Positions 13,458-26,579 of a stretch of DNA of 64,000 bases are shown here, one piece after another. A program made the translations under genes and the position numbers. Positions within the stretch are counted from its first letter, which is position 1; each line of letters starts with the position of its first letter. The notes beneath the pieces are model-generated. The model worked only from the letters and a program-made list of their open reading frames with translations, was not told the origin of the DNA and made no database searches. This stretch comes from Octopus sinensis (lineage: Eukaryota). Location of the stretch: assembly GCF_006345805.1 (NCBI RefSeq), contig NC_042997.1:90520001-90584000 (forward strand), read 5' to 3'.

Positions 13458-13948
13458 TAACCAACTTCCAGCCACGTTTAAATATCTGTGGCAGAACAAG
13501 AAAGACAACTACCACCGACACTACTGCAGCCTTAGTTATGATCACCACAGAAACTGCTACTAAGACTGACAACTACTAAGGCCGCTGTCAGCTTTACCTG
13601 CTACTGCTGCCACTGCTAACAGGCCTAACTCCTACCTCTTCCATCAACAACCACTGCGGCTACTATTACTGCAATTACTACCCAACAACAATAAGAAGGA
13701 AACAAAATACGAACATCATGTTCCTTGTAAGAAAAATATGTAAATGTCTAGAACTGATATGAAAGATTAATTTAATTTAATCTATTTCAATGTATTTCAG
13801 TTTATTTTCCCGTTCATTCCAGCATGACTGAACCGTATTTTGAAAGTGATTGAAACAGGTAGCTCTATATTTAAGTAAAAAGATAAAAATCCAAATACTC
13901 TCTTGCTTTCTTCAATGATGAAGTTCTCAAAGCATTTTCTTCTATTTG

Positions 13949-13981
<33 letters not shown>

Positions 13982-13984
<3 letters not shown>

Positions 13985-14109
13985 CGCAGCAATGGCAGTG
14001 TGAGTAGTAGCTTGCTTAAAATCACATGGTTCTGGGTTCATCCCCACTGCATGGCATCTTCGGCAAGTGTCTTCTACTATAGCGTCGGGTCGACCAAAGC
14101 CTTGTAAGT
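13982..14109 (+). mobile_element. tRNA-derived SINE family B, 5' fragment
   Basis: Matches the head of the full copy at 54585-54988 (GGTTCTGGGTTCATCCCCACTGC...GGCAAGTGTCTTCTACTATAG...GACCAAAGCCTTGT). Confidence 0.75.
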
Positions 14110-14272
14110 AGTACATTATTTACATTTGACGGATATTTGTCCTCATCTTGTTTGTTGTTATCACAACGTTTCAGCCGATATACCCTCCAGCCTCAGTCAG
14201 GTGTCTTGGGGAAATTTTGAACCTGGGTTCTCATTCCTAAGGTAGTTTTCGATGTTGTTATTATTATTATTA

Positions 14273-14315
<43 letters not shown>

Positions 14316-14392
14316 TTCAGGTCACTGCTTGGAATCGAACCCGGAATCTTGGGGTTAATAGCCCGCGCTCTTAACCACTACACCATATACTC
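14110..14392 (-). mobile_element. tRNA-headed SINE (family C): head, internal (TAA)n, tail with hammerhead-like motif
   Basis: Minus strand: A-box TGGTGTAGTGGTTAAG and B-box GGTTCGATTCC (14318-14392), then (AAT)n, then tail containing GACAC-CTGACTGA-GGCTG-N10-CGGCT-GAAA-CG-TT-GTG (14161-14205). Confidence 0.7.
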
Positions 14393-14395
14393 GTG

Positions 14396-15547
14396 AGACA
14401 GCAAGAGTGTTGATACGTATTATCGTGTTTTCCGCATTGAGCTCTGTTTTCAGTATTAATCTAACTCGTCTATAGTATTCTTTTTCATTTTTTCTTTCCT
14501 TTGTGTATGTTGTATCGTATCTAGTTCATTGATTCATATTTGTATGTCTGACTTTGGCGTAATTCTCTTATTTCATTTGCTTTATTTAGTGTGATGTTGC
14601 TACTCTTAACTAGTTTTCCTCTATTCAAGGTAGTTTTGGCAAATTTTTCTAAATCAAATTTCATGTTTAATTCTTTTGTAAATCCATGTACTCTCTGTAG
14701 TAACGTTTCCAGTTGTTTATCATTTATAGCGTACAGTTTTAGATCATCTATATATAATATATAAGAGGTGGCTGATTGTTTTGCCGTAACAGTTGTATCT
14801 ACATCCAATTCTGTTTAGCATATCAGATAAAGATATCAGTGCCAAACAGAAAAGGAGTGGAGAGAACGTGTCCCCTTGGAATATTCCTCTTCTATTGGGG
14901 ATGTCTTTGGTTTTTATGAGTCCCTCTTTGGTCCGGAGCTGAAGCACTATCTACCATTTATTCATGGAATATGTTATATATTTTATGATTATCGGTGCTA
15001 CTTGTTCATGGCTAGTGTTTCTAGTATCCATGTGTAGGGAAAACTATTAAAAGCCTTTCGGTAATCGATCCAGGTCATACTTCGACTGTTCTTCTTTCTG
15101 TGGCTGTCTTCAGTTCTGGCTTTATTGATCATTAGCTGATCTTTACAGCCGTATGAACCCTTCTGCTCTTCTGGAAACATGTTGCTTTTTTCCAGATGCT
15201 TGCTCATTCTCTGCGATATTATTGCAGTAAGAGCTTTGTAAATTGTAGGGAGACAAATTATCGGTCTGCAATTTCGTGGGTTTGCTGTTTCAGTGGATTT
15301 GGGAATTAGGATGGTTTTTCCCTTCCGTGAGCCATTAAGGCATTGCATCTGGCTCTGCTAGTATTTCATTAAATTTGTCAACCAGCTTTTTAGGTGTTCC
15401 AGTCAGGAATTTTAACCAGAAGTTGGGTATCTTATCGTGCTCGGTTGCCTTCCAGTTGCTTAGTTTTTGCAGTGATTGGGTGACCTCTTCAGTTGTTATA
15501 GGGGTCCAGAGTTGTTCAGGTGCTGAGTTCTTTGTTTTGATAGACAT
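14396..15547 (-). pseudogene. Reverse transcriptase fragment of an R4/Dong-type (RLE) non-LTR retrotransposon
   Basis: Across frameshifts: RPIICLPTIYKALT, EEQKG.YGCKDQLMINK, WIDYRKAFNS, GIFQGDTFSPLLFCLAL, LYIDDLKLYA, KEYYRRVRLILKTELNA..INTLAV. 5' edge abuts (TAA)n. Confidence 0.85.
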
Positions 15548-15704
<157 letters not shown>

Positions 15705-15925
15705 CTTCTCGAAAGGGCGGACGTGTGTGAAGCTGTTCCGTAAGTTTTGTGCCAATTTGACTGGAAATTTCTGTAAAAGTTTTTTATATTTTTCGATATT
15801 TGTGTGGCCAAGCCAACTAACTTATAGCGGAGCTAGTTGGCTCGGCAAAATTTTACCCCATTGGGGGTAAAATTACTGTTTGAACTTTACAATTGCAAAA
15901 AATTTTACAAACCTTTTTAAACAAA

Positions 15926-17816
15926 ATGGCTATGAAGAGACCAGTCGGCTGTTCTCTTCTACCATCAATACCCCCTCCGCAAACATACACATCACCAAAC
16001 ACGGTTCCAAACCGTCCACTTCGCGCCATAAAAAGCAACAAAAATTCTTCAATCGAAACTATAAGCACGTGCAGCGTTCGAAAGGAGAAAGAAAACCAGG
16101 ATGTCACTTTCGATGTCATTGAAGATTTCCCTCCTCTTCCTTCCATCAATGCTCCGGTACCGGAGAAGGAGAGAAGAAAGAGCGTTCCAAAGAAAAGTGA
16201 CAACGATGGCGTCACCTTTGACGTCATCGAAGATTTTCCTTCTTTTCCCTCCACCAGTGCTCCAGTACTGGAGAAGGAGGGGAAGAAAATGACCAGCAAC
16301 CACACTGACACCACCACCAGCAACAACACAAGCCATCGTAGCAATTTCGCCTCAGCTGCAAAACAAAGCTCGGAGGAAGTAAACGTTACGATGGAGGAAA
16401 TCAAAAGCGCAAAGGAGTTGTTGACAAAAGAGGGGAACAGTGTTTTCCTCAATACACCTCAACAACTCATACATGACACTAACAAAAAGACAATATTTTA
16501 CAAGGTTTTCGACAGAAAAAACAAAAAACTAATTAACGCAACACCACAGCAACTTGAAATAGCTCTAAAGCCCATATGGGGCAAAAAGAGCTATGTCAGA
16601 AGAGGGAAGCGTTTCGGAACCGTGGAGGTTCGTTTCCCAACAGAGGAGGATGCAAGGGCGCATGCCATTTCGCCCTTGCAAAATGAAAATTTGTTGCTCG
16701 TTTCAACGTACCTCGGGCGGAGAGTAGCGAAAATAAAAATCGACTTAGTCCCCCCCACCCCGAACTAAATATATCATGGTTGATGGCGGCTGTCCTCTAT
16801 GACATAGAGGATACTGCCATTATTCTGGATGTACGGAGAGTGAAGAAAAAAACTGGTCAGGTATGGGAGTTCAACTGTTGGTACAAATCCAGCAGGAAAA
16901 CATTAATGCCATACCTGACTCGGTAAATTTGCCGGACGGCACCAGCCTGCACGTTGCTGCGGAGGGCGAAAGCCAAAATGTTACCTCTGCAGCAGCGAAA
17001 GCCACCTAAAAAGGGACAGCCTCATTTACAAGAAAAGAATGGAGGCAGACGGCAAGAGGCAGCAGCAGCAGCAACAACAACAACATCAACAACAAGAGAA
17101 ACAACAACAGCAAGAAACACCAAAGGCTGCCACACCACCAACACCATCAACACCACCACGACGAACGACACCATCTCCAACAACCACCAAACCAACACCA
17201 ACCCCAACACCAAGAAAAACAACAACACAAAAGGAAGAAGAATCACCGACACCGTCACCATCACCAACAGATACAGCAACACCACCACTACCAGCAGAAC
17301 CAACAATTTTTCGCCCTGCTGCTGAAGCGGACCCGACAGCCATCCCCTTTCCGGATCAGGACAGCTCGGATTGTGCGAGCACTGATACCGAGAAAGGTGA
17401 ATGACACACAGTACCTCCGAAGAAGAGGAGGAAGAAGCAAAAAGACACACAGGGGAAGCACGAACAAATAGTGCTTCCCAACATCAACAACAACAACAAC
17501 ACACACAACAACAAACAACAACACTTTCGATACCACTACTGCCATTGCCACACACACACCAACACACACAGACACGATTACAGCCATAAACACAAAAAAT
17601 GAAAAACTGGTTTCATATATAAAAGACAACACAAGCACAAACATTACAGATTTTATAATACCTATACACAACATACCACCAGCACACATTCTCACCATTA
17701 AAATAAACCAAAAGACATACAGTGACATAAAAGAGAAATTCCCTAACGATGTCAGATCGCTAGGGAGAAGTTTCTCAAAGAAACTTTATAAAAACATTAT
17801 GGGAACACCCGTGTAA
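15926..17816 (+). pseudogene. Tx1 ORF1 (RRM, CX2CX4HX4C knuckle, Q/P/T-rich tail), frameshifted
   Basis: ATG 15926; RRM-like KSYVRRGKRFGTVEVRFPTEEDA; after frameshifts CYLCSSESHLKRDS at 16979-17020 (last Cys changed to Ser); low-complexity tail to TAA at 17814-17816. Confidence 0.75.
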
Positions 17817-17893
17817 AAGCACAAGGGAGCCACTCCCACCACCACCAACAACAGTAAGTAGAGCCTTTTTCTCCCTTTTTTTACCTTTGAAAC

Positions 17894-20327
17894 ATGGCAA
17901 AACTTAGAATCGGTTGCTTGAATGTGAGAGGCCTCGGGTAACCTTGGAAACAGGGTCACCTGTTAAACGACCTGAGGTTTCATGATGTGGATGTAGCAGC
18001 CATTTGTGAAACCAGGCTCTCCGACCCGCAGAAACTCGCAGCCCTTTTTGGCGGATACGAGATCTTTCTATCTCAGTGTCGGCCGGGAGCGGGTGGTGGT
18101 ACTGCGGTGTTGTTTCGGAAGGGCCTGGACTTGAAAATAAGGACAGTCTTCCTGGATCCAGAAGGTAAGTTGGTGGTCCTCGACGTAGACGGTAGTGACG
18201 GCGGTGCTTTCAGACTGCTTGCTGCCTACACTCCGACAGGAGCAGGGCAGTCGGATTATTTCAAACGTCTGGAAGTTTTCCTGGGAACGTCACGCACTCT
18301 AGTGCTAGTTGGGGATTGGAACGCTGTCTTAGACGAACGTTTCGATCGGGTGAGCAGGGGAGCATCTGATAGGAGAGGGGATGCAAGAGCCTTGCCAACC
18401 TACTCGGGCGCTTTCAGCTGTCCGACAGGTTTCGACTAGACAACCCGAATGTGCCAATGTGGACTTGGAAAGTCGCATCGGGTCGTCTAGATCGTACTTA
18501 GATAGAGTGTTTTGTAGGCCAGCGGATAAGGACAGCATAGGGTGTCCACAATTCCACCAAGTCGACTACACTGACCACAAATCCGTGATCTGTACGGTCG
18601 ACTTAGATAGGCTACATAGACAGGGACCCGGCTACTGGAAGTTGAACGCGTCGTTAACGGCGTGCAAAGCTTACAGAGACCGGATTAGTTTACAAGTTAA
18701 GCGGGCGCTCACGGGGGCAATCATCAACAACAACTGGTGGTTTGCCCTCAAGAGAGCAATTAGAGTAGAGTCGATTAGGTTTAGTAAGGCTCTAGCTATT
18801 GAACGTAGGAAGAGAGAGCGGGATTTAGTTAAGAAACTAGACGAGGCTCTTGAGACTGGCATCGTGACTGACGTGTTGGCGGCAAGGTTGGCCCTCGACC
18901 AACACTTTGACACCAAACACGAAGGCTACGTTGTCAGAGCTAAGGCACGTTCGCTAAGCGGGGAGGGGACTAGAGCCGCTCGATGGGCCTGCGTGGCGGA
19001 GGCGAAGCGAGGCAACAAAGCAACCATTCGGTCTTTGGTGGACCAGAACGGGCGCGAGGTTACCGAACCAAAGCAGATGTGTGCGGTGTAGCAGCAGCAT
19101 TTTGCTCAACTGTTTGGGACGAGCGGTGGAACGGACAACGGTGCAGACTTTGATGTGTACCTGGACGGCCTAACGCAACTCTCGGACAGCGAGGCAGAGT
19201 GCTGCGAAGGACCGATATCTGCCTGGGAAGTGGAAGAAGCAATTAAAAGTTGCACGAGAGGTAGATCGCCGGGTTTGGATGGTCTGCCCTACGAGCTTTA
19301 CACTCCAATGCCAGACCTGTTTGCGGGCCTGTTGGCAAACGTCTACTGCAACTGGCAGCAAAACGGGAGAATTCCTGCTTTTGTCTATCGAGGGGTGGTG
19401 GCTTTGCTGAGAAAGGACCCAAACAAGGGGGACGTTATAGGGAATTTTCGGCCCATCACTCTGCTCAATGCAGAGTTGAAGATTTTGGCCAAGGTGCTAG
19501 CCAAGAGAGTGGCACTTGTCGTGGATAAGCTGGTTGGCAAGACGCAGACATGCGCCGTGCCGACCAGGTCGATACACGACAACCTCCATCTCATGTGCTA
19601 CATCATAGAGAGGGTGGGTAACGACGCTGGCGCGTGTGGGGCTTTGATCAATTTAGATCAGAGTAAAGCCTTCGATAGGGTCGACCATCGGTACCTGGCA
19701 GCTGTTCTCAAGGCAGCCGGCTTCGGTCCAGTCTTCCGCGGGTGGATCGCTGCTTTATACAGCAACATCTGCTCGGTGATACGGGTGAACGGTCACCTTT
19801 CGGAACCGTTTGACATCTCGCGTTCGGTCCGCCAAGAATGCCCTCTCTCTTCCCTCTTGTACGTATTGACTCACGAGCCATTACTGCGCAAGTTGGAGGC
19901 TTTGAGGGGTACCCCGCGTGATCTAGGAGATGGAAACAGCGTGTCTGCCTATGCCGACGACGTCACCGTGATGGTGTCGAGCCACAGGCACATTGACCTG
20001 ATTGGCGAGATGCTAAACGAGTACGAAGCGGTGACAGGGGCAAAGAATAACGCGGAAAAGTCTGTGGGCTTGCAACTGGGCACCTGGAGAGGCAAGCTCA
20101 TGCCGTCCAACAGCGTCGTAGGGCGCTGGACAGACGGACCCGTTAAACTGCTCGGGGTCTGGTTCGGTCCAGACCTCCAGGTGGCTAAAAACTGGGAAGA
20201 AGTGACGAGCAGGGTGGCCAAACTCACCCAGAAATGGGCCGAGAGGAAGCTGTCCCTGAAAGGTCGAGCGGAGGTGGAGAATGCGTACATCGCATCCGTC
20301 ATCTATTACCGCTTGACCTCAAGTACT
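17894..20327 (+). pseudogene. Tx1 ORF2 endonuclease/reverse transcriptase, inactivated
   Basis: MAKLRIGCLNVRGLG*, ICETRL, LVGDWNAVLD, SYLDRVF, TDHK, GPGYWKLN, SPGLDGLPYE, FRPITLLNAELKILAKVLA, DQSKAFDRVDH, VRQECPLS, AYADDV. Stops at 17939-17941 and 19089-19091; frameshifts near 18378 and 18470. Confidence 0.95.
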
Positions 20328-23229
20328 GAGGTCGATTTAATCGACTAAACCCTCCGTTCAAAATACGCACTTATAAAATTGTCAACATTTTCAACAAAAT
20401 AAAAACAAAATCACTAACCTGACTTTTCAGCAGAGTTCTTTACTGACACCTTTCATTTCAGGAAAGTTAGACTTTGTGGAAGAAGGTGCAAATGTCAACC
20501 CCCAACCCCACTTAATATGTTCATTTCAATAGCGTTTAATATTACATTTATTTATTTATTTGGTAATTTGATAGATTTTATAACTGTCTGTTTCTCGTAT
20601 TCAGTATATGCTGAAACGCCGTTGTGTTACTTATTTTAGTGATTATTTTGAGTTGATTTATGGAATTTATCCCACATCCTACAGTAAATACTTGTTCAAA
20701 GAGTAAGGTTATTCTATTTATAATTTCAGTTTGATCTTCCCGTGTTTTCAATACATTTACTCTCAGTCTCGGAGAATTTCTGTTACGTAAATGTTATGTG
20801 TTGTTTTCCAATTTTGGCACAAAGCCACAATGTTCTTTATATATTTCAATGATTTTAGTTCGCTATAAAAAATGGTTGCTTGTACTGTAATTTTCGAATG
20901 TCTTTTCTATTCGTATTGACTCTTGCTATTTTGTAATGATTAAACTTTAGGTTGCGTCTTTGGTGTGTTGAATTTATGTACGATTGTCTTACTGTTTCAT
21001 CATATATTTTTACTTAATTTTCTTTACGAGTTGTCCAAGTTGTATTCTTTCTTAAATTCATCCTCATAACATAAGAACCAATTTTGTTTCTTCTTCGATC
21101 GTTGGAGTGATATAAATTTGGGATTCCAGAATTTCAATTTATTTTCTGAAAGCGATCATTCGGGGTTTCTCTTACTTGATAATCAGTAGCTTTGTATTTT
21201 CATGTACATATTATGGTTCTTTATCTTAGTAGCTCTACATTCATGTTCATCTTATTTAAAGATGTTTGTTTCTGCGGTTTTTGTTGTTCTATGTCTTCTG
21301 TTATTGCTTTAATATGCAGTCTACAAGGTAAAATTAATGGAGTACAGTTCAGCTATTTTTCATAAATGTTAAATGAAGGTTTTACTATTGCATTTGACTA
21401 TAATCCCAAAAGCAAATTTTAGTTGTTACTGATGTTTGTTCTAGATCTGCTCAATTCTACTTTTAGTAAAATATGTTGAATGCCAATACTTCCTTCTTTT
21501 AAAAGTCACTGTTCTGATCGAATCATTATACTTCCAGCATGTTACATAATTCTTACATATTAAACTTGATTGCTAGTTGTTCTTCTATTTTTAATGCCGT
21601 TAGTACAAAATGCAGAAGAACAAATAGGCTGAGCTTAATCTATAAAATAAAGTGCTTGACTGTCTGGAAAATTAAATCAGTTAAACCAGATTGCTACTCT
21701 GCAAACGAATGATAGTACACCGGCAGCAAGTTAATTATGAGAATACTAGAAAAGTTCCGTTAAATGGACATATAGCGATATGTGCAGTAATAAGTCTACA
21801 TAATATTGGTTTCAAATTTTGGTAAAAGGCAAGCAATTTTGGGATAGGAATAAGGAATAAGTCGATTACATCGGCCCCAGAGCTCAACAGGAATATATTT
21901 TATCGACCACGAAAGGTAAATTCAACTTCATTAAATAACCTCAGAATTTAAAGACAGACGAAATGCCACTAAGTGTTTTTGCCCAGCGTGCTAACGAATC
22001 TACCTATTAAAATATTTAAGATATTTTCTATTTATAAATGTTCAGGTTTAACTATCGAGCAACAACGAATCAACAATGAAAAACAATTTAAATCTAAGCC
22101 ATGTTTAAAGGACTGATTATCGATCACTGTATCGCTGATTATTATAACGAACACTGTTGTACAAAGACATGTCATTGGCTTTAAAGCTTTTAAAGATATT
22201 TAGAAAACAAGCTACACATTCTCTTTGAATAACGAACTAAATATGATATTTTTTCGTTATTCCATATATCTGGATATAAAAAAGATATAACTATTATTTC
22301 AATTAAAGAGATCGTGTTTTCACATACACACACGCTCATAAATATGCATATGTGTATATATATGAGTGAGTATATATGTGCATGCATGTATATATATGTA
22401 AGTGTATATATATATTGATATATACATATACACACATATATATATACATGCATACATATGCGTGTGTGTGTGTATCTATTCTGTGTATTTGTATCAAACT
22501 TTCAACTTCTCTCTATGTATAGTATATATTTGTATATACCAGCACATCCTATAAACATTTTTTGCAACATATTTTATATAGATGAATGGGTCTTAATTGT
22601 ACACAGATTAAATTATTGTTGTTGTTGCTACTGCAGCTACTATCGTTGTTGTTACTGTTGTTGTTGTTGCTGCTGATGTTGTTGTTGTTGTTAGTGGTGG
22701 TGGTGGTGGTGGTGGTGGTGTTGGTGTTGGTGTTTGCTCAAAACATTATATTGAATTATTGTTAATTATTCCCTACTAGTGATTTTTTTGTATAATATTG
22801 CAGTCACTTGCTTTGTTAAGCAGCTGGCAACAAGCGATAAGAGACAGTTTCATGTTTATACCATTCATTCACAGAATGGAATTTGTTGGTGGACATTAAA
22901 AAAATTTTTCTATCATAAAAGAAGCATTGAAAAGCATCGTAGTAGTACAAATGCCAAAAAGAGGTGGAAAAGGATCAGCCTTCGGGTTGCACATAGGTAC
23001 AACGTGAAAAGAAACTGACTAAGGAAGGTGGACAAGATAGCGATCGTCCGCATCTGTAGGTACTCTACGGAAGTTGGAATAAAGTCAATCGTTGCACGAT
23101 CGCCAATAGTCTGGATGGTTTTGGTGATTAAAATTTGTAAAACATGCATCAAAATAAATATTACCTCAGAGGAGGAGGTAAGCTAGACTGTATAATTCAA
23201 AACAAACCCTTTCCAGTTACAATTAATAA

Positions 23230-23830
23230 GCATAGATGTAATAGTTATCAGCGAGACTAGGATTTCCGGAGCGCTTTTTCTGAGTCAAAAAGCTGCTTAC
23301 ACATCATTTATTGAACCCAGATTGAATAAAGTGGAACTGTTGTGACGGAATAGCAGAGTCACAAGAAAAGAATAATCTTCCTGAATCAGAAAAATAGGTT
23401 GGCTGTTCTCAACATGTACAATAGTGAAGATGGTGTGTTAAGAGTAATAATCCTAGAGCGAACGACCAAATTACTTACAAATATCTCGCTTATTAGTATT
23501 AACGGGAGAGTGGGATGGCATCTTAGATACACGCTGAGATTGTGCGTAGATACTAGAAGAGAAGGAGTAAAACCTATTAAACTTACTCAAACAGTTTGAA
23601 TTATTTGACAGGTATTACTTGGATTTCTTGAATTTTTCAATGTTACTTGAAAAACCAAATCTTCACACCCAGATCATACCTCGATAGAGTTTAAAGATTT
23701 TGTAAGGTAAAGTGATATGGATATCGCAGGATGCCTTGTTGGGTGGCTTGTTATGCAAGACTACAATTTTGTAAAAAGCGCGGTTAATTCAGATAAAACA
23801 CAAAGAGAGTGACTAGGTCGCCGTAGTACT
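23230..23830 (+). mobile_element. Old Tx1-type endonuclease relic (possible ORF1 relic upstream to ~22870)
   Basis: IDVIVISETRIS (from 23232), VLTGEWDGILD (from 23496), NLLKQFELFDRY and PRSYLDRV (23668-23691) align by eye with ORF2 of the element at 17894. Confidence 0.65.
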
Positions 23831-24103
23831 GAACTAGATTAATTAATTAGAATAACTGAAACAGAATTTTTATATCTTCAGACAGTCCCAATAACACTTC
23901 AAGATGCGAACAACGGATTTGAACTCATAAACCAGGAATATTATAGATAAGAGGTCATCTTGAAACAATAATCTATCATAAATTATAATTTTATGTTGAG
24001 CAAAAAGAAAAAAATGTAAGTCCACGTTACACATTGCATATAAAATAATTGTACATCACATATGCACATATTCCCATCGTACATACAGTACTCACACATA
24101 CAC

Positions 24104-24178
<75 letters not shown>

Positions 24179-24894
24179 TTACACACATACACACACAAAT
24201 TATAGAGTGCATCAGACTGATCGACACATTATTTTTCTTCTAACCACTTCTTTAACCTGTCCAAAGAAAGCGCACTGATCACCTCATATGCATTCTATTT
24301 TTTTTACTTCTCATTCTTAGTGTATTTTATTGTTGGTCTTCTGCTTTTCCCCCTCTATTTAATCCCAATTCCCTGCAAGCATTATATCATAGCTATCAGA
24401 TTCCCACATCGGTCCTAGTCCTTTGGGAGTTGCAATGTCAAATTATTTACTATTATGTGTTTGTGCCTATATACATACATACATACATACACATATGTGT
24501 GTGAGTGTGTGTGTGTATGTATGTATGTATATATTATGCATATATGTATGTATATGTTTGTGTGTGAATATGTATATATATATATATATATATATAATCA
24601 GGCATATATGTAAGTATATATATCAATATATGTATGAATGTATGCATGTATTTTGAATTCTCTTCACTTTCTTTTCGGTATTTTCATTGATCAAAGTATG
24701 TCAGTAACCAATGGTACAGTAAAGCTACTTTTGGCAAACTATCGTGTGTGTGTGTGTATGTGTGTATGTGTGTGTGTGTATGCATGTATGCGTATATGTG
24801 TATCCGCGTACTTGGTATAGAATTGAATATACTACTCTGTGTATGTGTGTGTATGCGTGCATACTAATACCTATCTAAATGTATCCGCTTATGT

Positions 24895-24928
<34 letters not shown>

Positions 24929-25128
24929 ACACATACACACACAAACAAACAAACACACACAGTGACACAAGCAAACAAACAAACACTCAAACAAGCAAAC
25001 ACGTGGGATACAATAAAAAGTGTTATTGTTATCTTCGTCGCTCCATAACGCAGGTAACAGTTTTTCTTACGTGGTTTTGCTTCAGAATTAATATAACAAT
25101 ATTGCAACGTATTTATTTATTTATTCAT

Positions 25129-25163
<35 letters not shown>

Positions 25164-25201
25164 TTCATCGGGAGGACTAGGGATGCTGTTTCATTTTGTC
25201 T

Positions 25202-25232
<31 letters not shown>

Positions 25233-26579
25233 TTGTTGCGTTGTTTATTATTGTTGTGTTGTTTGGCAGATATCGTTATTCATGATAGCGATTGTTTTTG
25301 CGACAGTTTTATTTGTTGCTTTTTGTTTTGTTTTTTTGTTTTTGTTTTTGTTTTGTGGGCTTTGGCTCCTTTTTTTTTTTTCATCATTTTCTCTCCCTTA
25401 TGACAAGTCTTGTCAAAGATAGCCACACACAACTCTTCCGAACTTCATGCCATATTTTTTTTTATTTTCTCTCTCCATTCCATTTCTCTCGCTCTCTCTC
25501 TCTCTCTCACTCTCTATTCCTCTCTTTTTCACTTCCACCATTCTCACTCACACTCTCTATCTGTTTCTCTCTCATTCTTTCTTACCCACCTCTCTCTTTT
25601 CCTCTCTCTCTCTCCCTCTTACTTTAGAAATCTCCCCTGAGAACAGTATGACCATTACACAATCGTATTTATCCTTTCCTCGCACGAAAAGAGATCTAGC
25701 ATCATACAACAACAAAGGCAATAATAATTCTTTCTACTAAAGGCACCAGGCCTGAATTCTTGGGGGAACGGGCAAGTTCATTACATCGATCTCTGTGCTC
25801 AACTGGAACTCAGTTTATCGACCACAAAAAGATGAAAGATAAAGTCGACCTCGGCGGAATTTGAACTCAAAATGAAAAGACACACGAAATGCTGAGAGCA
25901 TCCGGAGAGCGCAAACCTCCGCCAAGGCAACACCAACGTCCTCTCAACGATTAGCCAGAGATGATTTTTAAAATGAGGATATCTAAAATAATCTCGACTG
26001 CTCTCAAAAACGAGAATATTAAAAATGAACCCGACCGCTCTCAAAATTAAGTTAAAAAAAAAAACGGGAAAATAATCTAAAATCCTTATCCGGTACCTGA
26101 TCGATCCCATTGGTAGTCATGGAATGTGAAGGTGCCTGTTGAAAATTTAGTAACAGTAATAAATAGTTTATCCTTATCTAATACAAGCCAAAGTTAACAA
26201 ATTCACCATTCAAAATAGTTTCAAAGCCGAAGGCAACAATAATAAGTTCTACTCAGTAATTTTTAAATGAATAGCAAGAGACCTTTTAGTTTCCTCTTCT
26301 CTTAAATTCCGGCTTCTTTTAGTATTCCTGTTGTTTTAGATCGATGTATGTAAATATGTAAGTTTACTGTAAAGTGTTAATATGTACGTATAATATATAA
26401 TATATATTATAAATATATGTGAGTGATATTTAATTTCTGAATGGTTTTGCTGCCGTTTGTTTATGTAGTTTGATTTCTTTATCCACCAGTTTCTGGTAAG
26501 ATAGAGACGCGAGTAAAATTAATAATAGAGAAACGAATATAAAACTTTGGAAAGAAGCCTAAAGGGAGATAATTGAGGA

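Larger units (their letters stand above)
15706..20327 (+). mobile_element. Tx1/L1-clade non-LTR retrotransposon: 5' UTR, ORF1, ORF2 (APE-RT); disrupted and 3'-truncated
   Basis: Gag-like ORF1 with RRM and CCHC knuckle followed by APE endonuclease and RT motifs. Ends abruptly in the thumb region (..ASVIYYRLT) at a SINE-tail fragment; no poly-A or 3' UTR. Confidence 0.95.

Noticed and set aside
13823-13858. Exon-like island with good acceptor (TTCATTCCAG) and donor (CAG|GTAGCT)
   Set aside because: All three frames contain TGA, so it cannot be an internal coding exon.
14318-14392. tRNA gene
   Set aside because: Has A/B boxes but no proper acceptor-stem pairing or poly-T terminator, and runs into (AAT)n and a repeat tail; treated as a SINE head, as are the other tRNA-like heads.
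19155-20348. 397-aa ORF as an active reverse transcriptase gene
   Set aside because: Fragment of Tx1 ORF2 behind upstream stops and frameshifts, with QG-to-QE change in motif B and a truncated C-terminus.
20520-21620. Possible second Penelope relic on the minus strand
   Set aside because: Only vague similarity (e.g. IYDETVRQ); no convincing RT or GIY-YIG motif could be read.
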